Source: Verrucomicrobiota bacterium
Lineage (GTDB): Bacteria > Chlamydiota > Chlamydiia > Chlamydiales > JAEYWL01
Direction of reading: 5' to 3'
DNA: 64,000 nt
NCBI GenBank assembly: GCA_023428915.1
Contig: JAEYWL010000111.1
Location: 2,769 to 66,768, forward strand
A model generated the notes under the pieces. The model made no database searches and was not told where the DNA came from. It saw only the letters and a program-made list of their open reading frames with translations. This document shows positions 39,214 to 48,920 of the stretch, one piece after another (within the stretch, counting starts at the first letter, position 1; each line of letters starts with the position of its first letter). The position numbers and the translations under genes are program-made.

Positions 39214-40227
39214 TTAGTAACCGAGTTCCCGCAGCAATTTTTTAAGGGAAGAGCCTTCTAACCATTCCGGATTTGTATCGGAGTCGTAAGAAAACCCGTC
39301 GACAACTCTTTTAGCAAGCTTTTTGGTGTTTTGCAGGTGTTTGGAAATTTCTTGATCGGAGTAGCGTGGTAAAAGGGTAAAGCCGTCAGGATTTTCAAGG
39401 GCATAACGCGATTCATCACTGCTAACCAAAAGTTCATGCAGTTTTTCCCCTTCCCTAATGCCGGTGATTTCAATAGGAATTTTGGGAGCCATTGCTTTGG
39501 CGATGTCGATGACTTTTACACTGGGAATTTTTGGTACGAAAATCTCCCGCCCTTCCATTTCATGCAGCTTAAGCAATACAAAATCCACAGCCTGATCCAG
39601 GGTAATCCAAAAGCGGGTCATGCGTTCATCTGTGACAGGTAAACTCGAAGCGCCTTCCTGGATCATTTTTTTCCAGTGGGGGAGCAAGCTGCCCCGGCTG
39701 CCTAGTACATTGCCATAGCGCACAACAGATAGAAGGGGTTTGCCTTTTGCGCCAACGTAAGAGTCTCCTGCTATGAACAATTTGTCAGAGCATAACTTAG
39801 TGGCCCCATAGAGATTAATAGGATTTACGGACTTGTCAGTTGAAAGGGCTATTACGCGCTCTACCTCCCGCTCAATCGCATTTTCTATAATGTTCATTGC
39901 GCCGATGATATTAGTTTTGATAAATTCTGAAGGATTGTATTCAGCAGCCGGCACTTGTTTTAGGGCAGCGGCGTGAATAACCACTTGCACGCCTCTAAAT
40001 GCTCGTGCCAGGCGTTGACTGTCCCTTACATCTCCTAAAAAATAGCGAATGTTGGGATGGTCGAAGATAGGGTCTGAATTGCGCATTTCCCATTGCTTCC
40101 ATTCATCCCGGCTAAAGATAATGACTTTGGCGCACAAGTGATCCAATAGCAGCTTTCTTGCTGCCGCCCTGCCAAAGCTGCCTGTACCGCCAGTGATTAG
40201 AACGGTCTTATTCTTAAGAGAAAACAT
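39214..40227 (-). CDS. UDP-N-acetylglucosamine 4,6-dehydratase-like SDR (PseB/CapD/FlaA1 family)
   Basis: NKTVLITGGTGSFG (Rossmann loop), IIFSRDEWKQ, AAALKQVP and STDKSVNPINLYGATK (YxxxK) are present. Length is 337 aa. Confidence 0.85.
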   Translation of the reverse strand: MFSLKNKTVLITGGTGSFGRAAARKLLLDHLCAKVIIFSRDEWKQWEMRNSDPIFDHPNIRYFLGDVRDSQRLARAFRGVQVVIHAAALKQVPAAEYNPSEFIKTNIIGAMNIIENAIEREVERVIALSTDKSVNPINLYGATKLCSDKLFIAGDSYVGAKGKPLLSVVRYGNVLGSRGSLLPHWKKMIQEGASSLPVTDERMTRFWITLDQAVDFVLLKLHEMEGREIFVPKIPSVKVIDIAKAMAPKIPIEITGIREGEKLHELLVSSDESRYALENPDGFTLLPRYSDQEISKHLQNTKKLAKRVVDGFSYDSDTNPEWLEGSSLKKLLRELGY

Positions 40228-40389
40228 TAATTAGCTACCTAGTTAGTATTAGTGAAATTTCTTTCTCTTAGACCACGATTGCTTTCTTTGATACTCGAAT
40301 GGGAGATTCTTTGCTAGATTTTGATGCTGTATAAGTGCTAATGTAATAAACTTCTTGCAGATTTTTTCACTTACAGTTGGAAGAGATTT

Positions 40390-42237
40390 ATGACGAAACA
40401 ATACGATGAAACCACGATCAAAACATTAGATGCCCTGGCTCATATCCGCTTGCGTTCCGGGATGTACATTGGACGTTTAGGAGACGGTACCCACCCTGAC
40501 GACGGAATTTACATAATGCTTAAGGAAGTCATTGATAATAGCGTCGATGAATTTATCATGAAAAATGGGAGCCGTATTGCCGTCAATGTTGATTTTGCTT
40601 CCGGCCTTGCTACGATAAGGGATTATGGCCGGGGGATTCCTCTGGGAAAAGTGATCGATTGCGTAAGCCAAATCAATACGGGTGCTAAATACAACGATGA
40701 TGTATTTCAGTTTTCAGTAGGACTGAACGGTGTCGGCACCAAAGCAGTCAATGCGCTTTCCAGTCATTTTTTAGTGCGCAGCTATCGGGAAGGGCAGTTT
40801 GTTGAAGCCGCTTTTCAGAGGGGGAAGTTGATCAGCGAAACTAAGGGGGCTTCAAATGAAAAGAGCGGCACTTACATCGAGTTTGTTCCCGATCAGGAAA
40901 TCTTTAAAAAATACCACTTCGAAGATGCATTTATCAAAAAAAGGATCTGGAACTACGCCTATTTAAATACAGGTTTGACTTTTGAGTATAATGGCGAAAA
41001 GATTTTCTCAGAAAATGGCTTGCTGGATTTGTTAAATGCCGAGGTGACTGATGAGCGGCTATATGAACCGCTGCACTATCGCGGAAAGCAGTTAGAATTT
41101 GCCTTCCTGCACACGCAAAGTTATGGCGAAAGCTACTTTTCATTTGTCAATGGACAATACACTTCAGATGGGGGCACCCATCTTTCTGCTTTCCGTGAGG
41201 GGATTTTAAAAGGCGTCAATGAATATGCCAAGAAAAATTTCCAAGGTGTAGATGTTCGCGAGGGCATGCTAGGCACTGTTTTGATAAAGGTCAAAGATCC
41301 GATTTTTGAATCGCAGACTAAAAATAAATTGGGCAATAGCGACATTCGGGGGCCGATAGTACAAGAAGTCAAAGATGCCGTCATAGACTTGCTCTATAAA
41401 AATCAACCGGTTGCTAACCGCATTATTGAGAGGATTGCCTTTAACGAAAAACTGCGCAAAGAGCTATCGGCAGTAAAGAAAGAGGCTAAAGAGAAGCAAA
41501 AGAAAATCTCCTTTCAAATCCCTAAATTGCGCGACTCCAAATACCATTACAATGACCAGTCAAAGTATGCTGAAGAGACAATGATTTTTTTGACCGAGGG
41601 AGATTCTGCAAGTGCTTCAATAGTTGCGTCGCGCAACCCTATGACGCAGGCCGTATTTTCTTTAAGGGGCAAGCCGCTAAACGTTTATGGCATGAAACTG
41701 GATCAGCTCTATAAAAATGAAGAGATGTTCAATTTAATGAATGCCCTTAACATCGAAGACGATATTGAAAACCTGCGCTATAATAAGGTCATTTTGGCGA
41801 CCGATGCCGACGTGGACGGCATGCATATCCGCAATTTGCTCATCACTTTTTTCTTAAACTATTTCGAAGGGCTGGTTTTGAATGGCCACCTCTATATTTT
41901 AGAGACACCCCTGTTTAAGGTCCGCAATAAGGAAAAGACTATTTATTGCTATAATGAAGAGGAGCGGGACCGGGCAGTCAAGCAATTGAAAAAAGGGGTA
42001 GAAATCACCCGCTTCAAAGGGCTTGGAGAAATTTCTGCCCATGAGTTTAAGCAGTTTATTAATGAAAATATAAAGCTGACGGAAGTGCGGATTAATGCTT
42101 TCTCGGATATTCGCTCAACGTTGGAATTTTACATGGGCAAAAACACGCCTGACCGCAAGCAATTTATCATGCAAAATCTAGTGAATGAAGAAACTGAGAT
42201 GGAAGAATTAGCTTCCGCGACCGCAACTGTGGAGTAA
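40390..42237 (+). CDS. parE: type IIA topoisomerase subunit B (topoisomerase IV ParE / chlamydial GyrB_2 type)
   Basis: 615 aa with HIRLRSGMYIG, LKEVIDNSVDE (GHKL ATPase), GLNGVG, and the TOPRIM motifs LTEGDSA and ATDADVDGMHI. Confidence 0.9.
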   Translation: MTKQYDETTIKTLDALAHIRLRSGMYIGRLGDGTHPDDGIYIMLKEVIDNSVDEFIMKNGSRIAVNVDFASGLATIRDYGRGIPLGKVIDCVSQINTGAKYNDDVFQFSVGLNGVGTKAVNALSSHFLVRSYREGQFVEAAFQRGKLISETKGASNEKSGTYIEFVPDQEIFKKYHFEDAFIKKRIWNYAYLNTGLTFEYNGEKIFSENGLLDLLNAEVTDERLYEPLHYRGKQLEFAFLHTQSYGESYFSFVNGQYTSDGGTHLSAFREGILKGVNEYAKKNFQGVDVREGMLGTVLIKVKDPIFESQTKNKLGNSDIRGPIVQEVKDAVIDLLYKNQPVANRIIERIAFNEKLRKELSAVKKEAKEKQKKISFQIPKLRDSKYHYNDQSKYAEETMIFLTEGDSASASIVASRNPMTQAVFSLRGKPLNVYGMKLDQLYKNEEMFNLMNALNIEDDIENLRYNKVILATDADVDGMHIRNLLITFFLNYFEGLVLNGHLYILETPLFKVRNKEKTIYCYNEEERDRAVKQLKKGVEITRFKGLGEISAHEFKQFINENIKLTEVRINAFSDIRSTLEFYMGKNTPDRKQFIMQNLVNEETEMEELASATATVE

Positions 42238-42242
42238 TTGGC

Positions 42243-44192
42243 ATGGATGATATTAAGCAGTTAATGCAGCACCACTTTATTAAGTATGCCTCCTATGTAA
42301 TTTTAGACCGGGCCATTCCCCATGTAAAAGATGGCCTGAAGCCAGTGCAGCGGCGCATTTTACATACCCTCTGGCGCATGCATGACGGTAAATTGCATAA
42401 AGTGGCCAATGTGGCGGGCCAAACCATGGCTTTTCACCCGCATGGCGATGCCGCTATCACCGATGCTTTGGTGGCAATGGCCAATAAAGGGTACCTTCTG
42501 GATACCCAAGGGAATTTTGGCAACTTATTGACTGGAGATCCGGCGGCGGCAGCCCGTTACATTGAGACACGGCTTTCACCTTTAGCCACGGAAACAATGT
42601 TCAATACAGACCTTACTTCATTGCTGCCCTCCTATGATGGCCGCAATCAAGAGCCGCTGTATTTGCCGGCTAAATTGCCTGTATTATTGCTGCAAGGGGC
42701 TGATGGCATTGCAGTAGGTATGTCGACCCATACCTTTCCGCATAATTTTGTAGAGGTGATTGAAGCCGAAATCGCCATATTAGAAGGAAGGGAATTCCAA
42801 ATTCTTCCCGACTTCCCTACCGGCGGCATTATGGATGCCTCGCAGTACGATAAGGGACGCGGTAAAGTAAAATTGCGCGCTAAAGTTGAAGTAAAGGACC
42901 CTAAAACTGTCGTCATCACCCAAATCTGCCATGGCACCACTACAGACTCTTTGATCCGCTCCATTGACGAAGCTGCTAAGCGGGGCAAAATAAAAATCGA
43001 TGCGATCAGCGATTACACCGCCCAGAAAGTGGAAATTGAGATTAAGCTGCCGCGCGGACAATATGCTGAAGACTTAATTGACGCCTTGTATGCTTATACA
43101 GATTGCGAGGTCACCCTCCATTCCCAAATTGTGGTCATTAAAGATAATTTGCCTTGGGAAACAGATGTCGATCAACTTTTGCATTACCATGTAGGCGAGC
43201 TAAAAAGTTATTTACAGCGAGAGCTTGAGATTGAACGCGACAAATTGCTGGAAAAGATCTTTGAAAAGAGTTTAGAGAGGATTTTTATCGAAAACAGGCT
43301 GTATAAAAAAATAGAAAATGTTGCCGTTTACGATAAAATCCACGAAACAATTGCCGCGAGCCTTGAACCATTCCATGCCGAAATCTCGCGCATTCCCACT
43401 GAAGAAGACCGGGAACGTTTGCTCAATATTCCTATCAGGCGCATTTCCCTTTATGACCTCGATAAAAACAAACAGGAAGTGGTCTCCTATCGCAATTCGC
43501 TGGAGCAGATTGAAAAAGATCTCAAGCATATCGTCAGGTTTACGGTGCACTACCTGAAGGATCTTTTGAAGAAATTTAGTTCCGACTACCCTCGCAGAAC
43601 TGAAATTCAGGCGATCCAGGAGATCGACAGGCGGGCCATCGCGACTAAAAACCTAAAGGTGGGTTTTGACCCTAAAACTGGTTATGTGGGCACTAAGGTT
43701 GCAAGCGAGCAGGCTTTTGAGTGCACCAATTACGATAAGATACTGCTCATGTATCAAAACGGGACCTACTCGGTCATCAATATCCCCGAAAAGCAGTATG
43801 TCAATCATGAAGAAAACAAGGTCATTTTTGTGGGTATTGCCGATAAAAAAACGACTTTCTCAGTTGCCTATCGCGACCCTAAAACTAAATTGTGCTACGC
43901 CAAACGCTTTGTGGTCAGCCAGTTTATTTTGGATAAGCCTTACCGCTATTTTGACGAGGGAATGGAGTTGCAGTATTTGACCAGCCAGCCTTCCGTGTCC
44001 TTGCAATTGCTCTATTACCCTAAAGCTAAGCAGAAAAGTTCGGAAATGGTGTTTAATTTCGATCAGGTATTAGTGAAAGGAGTGTCGGCCAAAGGAATTC
44101 GGATGGCTAACCGCGAAGTTAAAAAGGTGCAGCTTCCTAAAGGCGAAGTGTCAAATCCTCAACTAGACCTATTTTCAGGGGCGAAACCATAG
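42243..44192 (+). CDS. parC: type IIA topoisomerase subunit A (ParC / GyrA_2 type)
   Basis: 649 aa with RAIPHVKDGLKPVQRRIL, HPHGD and AARYIETRL (active-site Tyr region). It lies immediately downstream of the B subunit. Confidence 0.88.
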   Translation: MDDIKQLMQHHFIKYASYVILDRAIPHVKDGLKPVQRRILHTLWRMHDGKLHKVANVAGQTMAFHPHGDAAITDALVAMANKGYLLDTQGNFGNLLTGDPAAAARYIETRLSPLATETMFNTDLTSLLPSYDGRNQEPLYLPAKLPVLLLQGADGIAVGMSTHTFPHNFVEVIEAEIAILEGREFQILPDFPTGGIMDASQYDKGRGKVKLRAKVEVKDPKTVVITQICHGTTTDSLIRSIDEAAKRGKIKIDAISDYTAQKVEIEIKLPRGQYAEDLIDALYAYTDCEVTLHSQIVVIKDNLPWETDVDQLLHYHVGELKSYLQRELEIERDKLLEKIFEKSLERIFIENRLYKKIENVAVYDKIHETIAASLEPFHAEISRIPTEEDRERLLNIPIRRISLYDLDKNKQEVVSYRNSLEQIEKDLKHIVRFTVHYLKDLLKKFSSDYPRRTEIQAIQEIDRRAIATKNLKVGFDPKTGYVGTKVASEQAFECTNYDKILLMYQNGTYSVINIPEKQYVNHEENKVIFVGIADKKTTFSVAYRDPKTKLCYAKRFVVSQFILDKPYRYFDEGMELQYLTSQPSVSLQLLYYPKAKQKSSEMVFNFDQVLVKGVSAKGIRMANREVKKVQLPKGEVSNPQLDLFSGAKP

Positions 44193-44196
44193 TATT

Positions 44197-44667
44197 ATGG
44201 AAGAACTGCAAGCTGCTAAGCAATGGGCGGCCAGGCGCCTCGCTATGAAAAGTTACCGCTCTGAGGAGTTGCGTGCCAAAATGCTGGCCAAATTTCCTGA
44301 AGAGGTGGTTGAACTGGTCATTGCGCAATTTACACAATTTGGCTATTTAAACGACGAAGAGTGGCTTAAATCGCAAATTAGGCAGCAGAAAAGCAGGAAC
44401 AAAGGAGTCAAGGCCATCTTGTTTTATTTGCTGGGCAAGGGAATTGCGCGCGAGGCAGCTGAAAAGGCGCTTCAGCAAGAGGTATCCGAAGAGGAGCAAG
44501 AAGTAGCCTTAGGGCAATGGATTCATAAAAAGTCCAGGCAATATGACCCTAAGGATCGAAAAGCTCGAGACAAACTGATAGCGTCTTTATTGCGCAAAGG
44601 TTTTTCTTATGAAATGATAAAGAAAAAAATCCAAATTATTGAATATCAGTCCTCATTTGAAGAATAA
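44197..44667 (+). CDS. recX: RecX family regulatory protein
   Basis: 156 aa of repeated three-helix units: AARRLAMKSYRSEELRAKM..., VIAQFTQFGYLNDEEW, and LLRKGFSYEMIKK. Confidence 0.7.
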   Translation: MEELQAAKQWAARRLAMKSYRSEELRAKMLAKFPEEVVELVIAQFTQFGYLNDEEWLKSQIRQQKSRNKGVKAILFYLLGKGIAREAAEKALQQEVSEEEQEVALGQWIHKKSRQYDPKDRKARDKLIASLLRKGFSYEMIKKKIQIIEYQSSFEE

Positions 44668-44718
44668 TTACAGTATTTGTTATAATAATTAAAAGAGAAC
44701 TGTTATTAAGGTATTATT

Positions 44719-44970
44719 ATGGCAGATGCAACCCCTCCCGTTTCCAATCAATCTGAAATCACCCCCGCTACAGACGTTACCGGTAAAACAGGTCCTGCTG
44801 CTACAAACGAAGAAGTTTCAGCAGCCACTTCTTTTGCCAATGTAAATCAATTAAAAGAACAAGCACCGACAGTATGGAAAGCGATGATGGAATCCTATGC
44901 CTGGCATATCTGCAATGAATCCAGAAAGCATCAAAAGCGCATAAAACAAATTCTTAGGGATAAAGGGTAA
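44719..44970 (+). CDS. hypothetical small protein (83 aa)
   Basis: The ORF has a good context (aaggtattattATG). It has a polar, disordered N-terminus and a basic C-terminus. No domain is recognised. Confidence 0.45.
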   Translation: MADATPPVSNQSEITPATDVTGKTGPAATNEEVSAATSFANVNQLKEQAPTVWKAMMESYAWHICNESRKHQKRIKQILRDKG

Positions 44971-44971
44971 T

Positions 44972-45265
44972 ATGGATCTCACTCAGGCTGAACTTTTTTT
45001 AGGTATCCAAATCGATCCTCTTCTTGAAACCGCTCTTGAGAAACTCGATCCAAAAATTGTGGCTATTTATATCAATGCTGATCCTGAGCACTTAAAAAAA
45101 CTTGAATTTGCCGATAAGCAATATATTGGCAAAAGCCTCGGTGAAATGGCCGATTCGGCCGCTGTCTTGCTGATGGCCACCCATATAGTCAGCGTTATTA
45201 AAAAGCTTATGCCTGATTATCATCTCGATATTGACTCCTTGGTAATTATCCCAATTCCTCATTAA
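44972..45265 (+). CDS. hypothetical small acidic protein (97 aa)
   Basis: It starts 1 nt after the stop of the preceding ORF (taaTATG), so the two are tightly coupled. No domain is recognised. Confidence 0.45.
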   Translation: MDLTQAELFLGIQIDPLLETALEKLDPKIVAIYINADPEHLKKLEFADKQYIGKSLGEMADSAAVLLMATHIVSVIKKLMPDYHLDIDSLVIIPIPH

Positions 45266-45283
45266 TCCTATTTCGGCAGCTCT

Positions 45284-46216
45284 ATGATCCCTGACGACAA
45301 TTTCACTATCCAGATTACAGCTGATGAAGCCCGCGAGCGCATAGATAAGGTTTTAGCCAATCGCTACAAAGGTCAATATTCCCGTTCTTATTTCCAACTG
45401 CTGTTGGAAGAAGGCTTAATTGTAGCTGACGGCAAACCATTAAAAAAGCGGGATAAGTTATGCGCAGGCAGTGAAATAGAGGTTAATTTCACCTGTACCC
45501 AAGAACTCGATGTCTCCCCAGAAAATATTCCCTTGTCAGTAGTTTATGAAGATAACGACATTTTACTCGTAAATAAGCCGGCAGGCATGGTCGTGCATCC
45601 TGCAGCCGGAAATTGGCATGGCACGTTTGTAAATGCGCTATTGTATTACTGCAAGCAATGGCAGAAGGACTTAAATGCGGGCGATGTGCGTCCGGGCATT
45701 GTACACCGCTTAGATAAAGATACAAGCGGCTTGTTATTGGCGGCCAAAAACAGGGTTGCGCAACAGCGCCTGATTGAACTATTTGCGCAAAGAAAAATTA
45801 AAAAAGAATATTTAGCCCTCTGTTTAGGCAACCCTGGATCCGGAATTCTTTCAGCCCCTATTGGAAGGCATCGTACTGAACGTAAAATGATGGCCGTACA
45901 AGAGGGCGGGCGGCAGGCTTTAACCCGCTACACTACCTTGGCTAAAACAGGCCAATTAAGCGTAGTGCGCGCCTTTCCGGAGACAGGAAGAACCCATCAA
46001 ATTCGGGTGCACTTGAAGCATTTAAATGCTCCTATACTGGGTGATGATCTTTATGGCAGTTCTGCGGCAAACCGCAAATACAAAGCATTCCGGCAAATGC
46101 TCCATGCTGAAAAATTGCAGTTCCGCCACCCGGCAACCGGGGAGGAATTGGAATTTTCCGCCCCTTTGCCTGAAGATTTTCGGCGCCTCTGTATTTCCAA
46201 TAATTTAAATTTTTAG
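45284..46216 (+). CDS. rluD: 23S rRNA pseudouridine synthase, RluA/RluD family
   Basis: An S4-like N-terminus is followed by the catalytic [12 protein letters not shown] motif and GRTHQIRVH. Confidence 0.9.
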   Translation: MIPDDNFTIQITADEARERIDKVLANRYKGQYSRSYFQLLLEEGLIVADGKPLKKRDKLCAGSEIEVNFTCTQELDVSPENIPLSVVYEDNDILLVNKPAGMVVHPAAGNWHGTFVNALLYYCKQWQKDLNAGDVRPGIVHRLDKDTSGLLLAAKNRVAQQRLIELFAQRKIKKEYLALCLGNPGSGILSAPIGRHRTERKMMAVQEGGRQALTRYTTLAKTGQLSVVRAFPETGRTHQIRVHLKHLNAPILGDDLYGSSAANRKYKAFRQMLHAEKLQFRHPATGEELEFSAPLPEDFRRLCISNNLNF

Positions 46217-46223
46217 CGAGTGT

Positions 46224-46667
46224 ATGCGAGCGGTTATTCAAAGAGTCGCACAAGCCAGCGTTGCAGTTGAGCAAAAAATTTGCGGACAAATTTCCCATGG
46301 GTTGCTCATACTGCTCGGCATCCATAAAGAAGATCAACCAGCTCATACTGTGTGGCTGGTTAATAAATTAGTGCATTTACGCATTTTTGCTGATGAACAA
46401 GGCAAAATGAATAAATCGCTTCTTGAAGTAAGAGGACAAATACTGGTCATTAGCCAATTCACTCTTTATGGAAATTGCGCCGAGGGGCGGCGTCCGGATT
46501 TTTTTGCGGCAGCCCCCCCTGAGCAAGCCATTCCCCTATATGAAAAATTTGTTAAAGAGCTGCGTCAGCAGATTGCAGTTGTGGAGACAGGCATTTTTGG
46601 GGCAAAGATGTCAGTTTCCCTTATAAATGATGGACCTGTTACCTTGGTAATTGATAGTAAAAAATGA
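46224..46667 (+). CDS. dtd: D-aminoacyl-tRNA deacylase
   Basis: MRAVIQRV..., SQFTLYG, GRRPDF and a NDGPVT C-terminal motif are present. Length is 147 aa. Confidence 0.92.
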   Translation: MRAVIQRVAQASVAVEQKICGQISHGLLILLGIHKEDQPAHTVWLVNKLVHLRIFADEQGKMNKSLLEVRGQILVISQFTLYGNCAEGRRPDFFAAAPPEQAIPLYEKFVKELRQQIAVVETGIFGAKMSVSLINDGPVTLVIDSKK

Positions 46668-46807
46668 TTTTAAACAGATGTTTATTTCTTGAGCATTATT
46701 AAAGCATCGGCTACCCTACGAAATTACAGGGGAGCAGGTCATATGCCAGGGCATTTCCTAATAAAGCTAAGCAAAAATCGAAATTTCCACATCTAAGAAG
46801 GTCGAAT

Positions 46808-47065
46808 ATGAAGGAATTTGTAGCGTATATTGTAAAAAATTTGGTTGATCATCCTGATAAAGTAAAAATTAACGAAATAGGCGGAACGCAAACATTGATC
46901 ATTGAATTATCTGTTGAAAAATCTGATATCGGCAAGATCATAGGGAAAAAGGGTAAGACTATCAATGCAATCCGCACCTTATTGATGTCTGTGGCAAGCC
47001 GCAATGGTATTCGCGTTAACCTGGAAATCATCGAAGAGGGCGGCGGACACGTTGTTGAAGAATAA
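46808..47065 (+). CDS. KH-domain RNA-binding protein (UPF0109/YlqC-like)
   Basis: 85 aa with the IGKIIGKKGKTINAIRTL GxxG loop. Confidence 0.85.
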   Translation: MKEFVAYIVKNLVDHPDKVKINEIGGTQTLIIELSVEKSDIGKIIGKKGKTINAIRTLLMSVASRNGIRVNLEIIEEGGGHVVEE

Positions 47066-47180
47066 CATCCGCATATCGAATTCTGAGCTGGGCCTGCATT
47101 CACGGTCCAGCTTGTTTCTAAAAAATTCTCAATTAGCGAGATCTTCTTTTAAAGGGAGTCAAGTGTTTTGATTGGGAGTC

Positions 47181-47360
47181 TTAAAACCCGACTTGCTACC
47201 TTATAATAAGTTATATTCGAAAGTTTTTTCTCTCTAAGAGCTCGCAAAAATCAGTGGGCCATATTATTAATATGACCCACTGATTTTCAAGGCTTCGTGC
47301 GAGCTCTTAGAGGAAAAGGACTCGAATCTGACTCTTAGAAGGTAGCAAGTTGGGTTTAAA
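47181..47360. repeat. family A repeat carrying a nested palindromic insertion (composite, about 180 bp)
   Basis: The termini and flanks are identical or near-identical to 27441-27540. After ctaagagctcg comes an extra segment of about 80 bp that is itself a hairpin (aaaatcagtgggccatattattaatatgacccactgatttt). It lies 18 bp from tRNA-Arg. Confidence 0.85.
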
Positions 47361-47377
47361 TGAAAACGGAATGAAAA

Positions 47378-47450
47378 CGGACTGAGTAGGATTCGAACCT
47401 ACGACCACCCGCTTAGAAGGCGGGTGCTCTATCCACTGAGCTATCAGTCC
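47378..47450 (-). tRNA. tRNA-Arg (anticodon TCT)
   Basis: The reverse complement is ggactgatagctcagtggatagagcacccgccttctaagcgggtggtcgtaggttcgaatcctactcagtccg. It folds as a cloverleaf with acceptor ggactga/tcagtcc, anticodon stem cccgc/gcggg with loop cttctaa, and a T-arm containing ggttcgaatcc. Confidence 0.9.
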
Positions 47451-47590
47451 ATTAGGAAAAGGGCTATATTAGCTATCCTGTTGCAAATTTACAAGCGAAA
47501 AATGGACTTTCCTGAAATTCGTAAGAAAATCGAATTCTGTTGAATTCATGGCCATAGCAGGGTATGCTATTCTCCTAATAGTGAGTGGAA

Positions 47591-48115
47591 ATGGCAGAAC
47601 AGGTATATCTTGGTTTAGGCGGTAATATTGGAGATACAGAGGCTGTCATTCGTGCTGTAGTCAAAGATATTGCAGCCTTAACAGGGACTTCGCGAACCAT
47701 ACTGTCCCGCCTGTACTGCACTACTCCAGTTGAAGTAGTGGATGCCGAGCAGCCCTTCGTCAATGCCGCTTGCTTAATAGAAACGAATACCGCACTTGGC
47801 AATCTTATATCGCAGCTGCAAGCTATCGAGCAAAAATATGGCAAAGCGGAAAAGCCGAAACAGTCCTCGCGTATTATCGACATCGACATTCTCTTCTACG
47901 GAAAATTTCAGGGAGTAGTGGATACCGTTGTTATTCCTCATCCACGTTGGCAAGAGCGTCTGTTTGTACTGCAGCCGCTTTTTGATTTAACGGAAAGCAT
48001 TGCCATGCAGGGCGAGTTAATCAACCTCGCACCTCTACTCGAAGAGTTTACAAATCTACATAATGAAATCGTAATTCCTATCACGGAGAGCAATTATGAA
48101 ACATGTATCTGTTAA
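47591..48115 (+). CDS. folK: 2-amino-4-hydroxy-6-hydroxymethyldihydropterin pyrophosphokinase (HPPK)
   Basis: VYLGLGGNIGD, QPFVNAACLIET, RIIDIDILFYG and IPHPRWQERLFVLQPL are present. ATG 47591 is preferred to GTG 47585. Confidence 0.85.
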   Translation: MAEQVYLGLGGNIGDTEAVIRAVVKDIAALTGTSRTILSRLYCTTPVEVVDAEQPFVNAACLIETNTALGNLISQLQAIEQKYGKAEKPKQSSRIIDIDILFYGKFQGVVDTVVIPHPRWQERLFVLQPLFDLTESIAMQGELINLAPLLEEFTNLHNEIVIPITESNYETCIC

Positions 48116-48914
48116 AGACTTTCAAATTGGCAAGGGCCAACCTTTAACCATCATTTGCGGCCCCTGTGTCATCGAAAGCGAAGGGCATTGCTTGCGCTCC
48201 GCTGAAGCCATAAAAGAAATTTTACAGCCATATCCAGTTAACTTTATCTTCAAATCCAGCTACGATAAAGCTAATAGAAGCGCGCACCATTCGTTTAGAG
48301 GGCCTGGTTTAGAAGAAGGACTCCGCATCCTGCAAAGAGTGCAAAATGAATTGGGACTTCCTGTTGTGACTGATGTACATTCTACGGAAGAAGCTACTGC
48401 TGCCGGCGAAGTGTGTGAAGCCATCCAAATCCCTGCCTTTTTGTGCCGCCAAACCGACTTAATTACGGCTGCCGCAAAAACCAAAGCTACCATTCAGGTT
48501 AAAAAAGGACAGTTTATGGCCCCCTGGGATATGAAAAATGTCGTTGATAAAATTGAAGCCCAAGGTAACCACAATATCCTGTTAATTGACCGGGGCACTT
48601 CGTTTGGTTACAACAACCTGGTCAGTGATATGCGCTGCATCCCCATTATGCAAAAATTTGGCTATCCTGTGTGCTTTGATGCTACACACTCTGTACAGCT
48701 GCCAGGCGGGCAGGGGACAACCTCAGGGGGAGAAAGTTGCTATGTGCCAGTGCTAGCTAAAGCCGCTTTGGCGGCAGGGGTAAATGCTCTGTATTTAGAA
48801 GCGCACGATACTCCAAGATTAGCCAAAAGCGACAGCACTACGCAGATTAGTTTTGAAGAATTAAAGGTATTGCTCCCTATTTTTGTTAAGCTGTATGACA
48901 TCGTAAATGAGTAA
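48096..48914 (+). CDS. kdsA: 3-deoxy-8-phosphooctulonate synthase
   Basis: 272 aa with FKSSYDKANRSS-type FKSSYDKANRSAHHSFRG, QIPAFLCRQTDL and FDATHSVQLPGG. Confidence 0.93.
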   Translation: MKHVSVKDFQIGKGQPLTIICGPCVIESEGHCLRSAEAIKEILQPYPVNFIFKSSYDKANRSAHHSFRGPGLEEGLRILQRVQNELGLPVVTDVHSTEEATAAGEVCEAIQIPAFLCRQTDLITAAAKTKATIQVKKGQFMAPWDMKNVVDKIEAQGNHNILLIDRGTSFGYNNLVSDMRCIPIMQKFGYPVCFDATHSVQLPGGQGTTSGGESCYVPVLAKAALAAGVNALYLEAHDTPRLAKSDSTTQISFEELKVLLPIFVKLYDIVNE

Positions 48915-48920
48915 CAGCTA

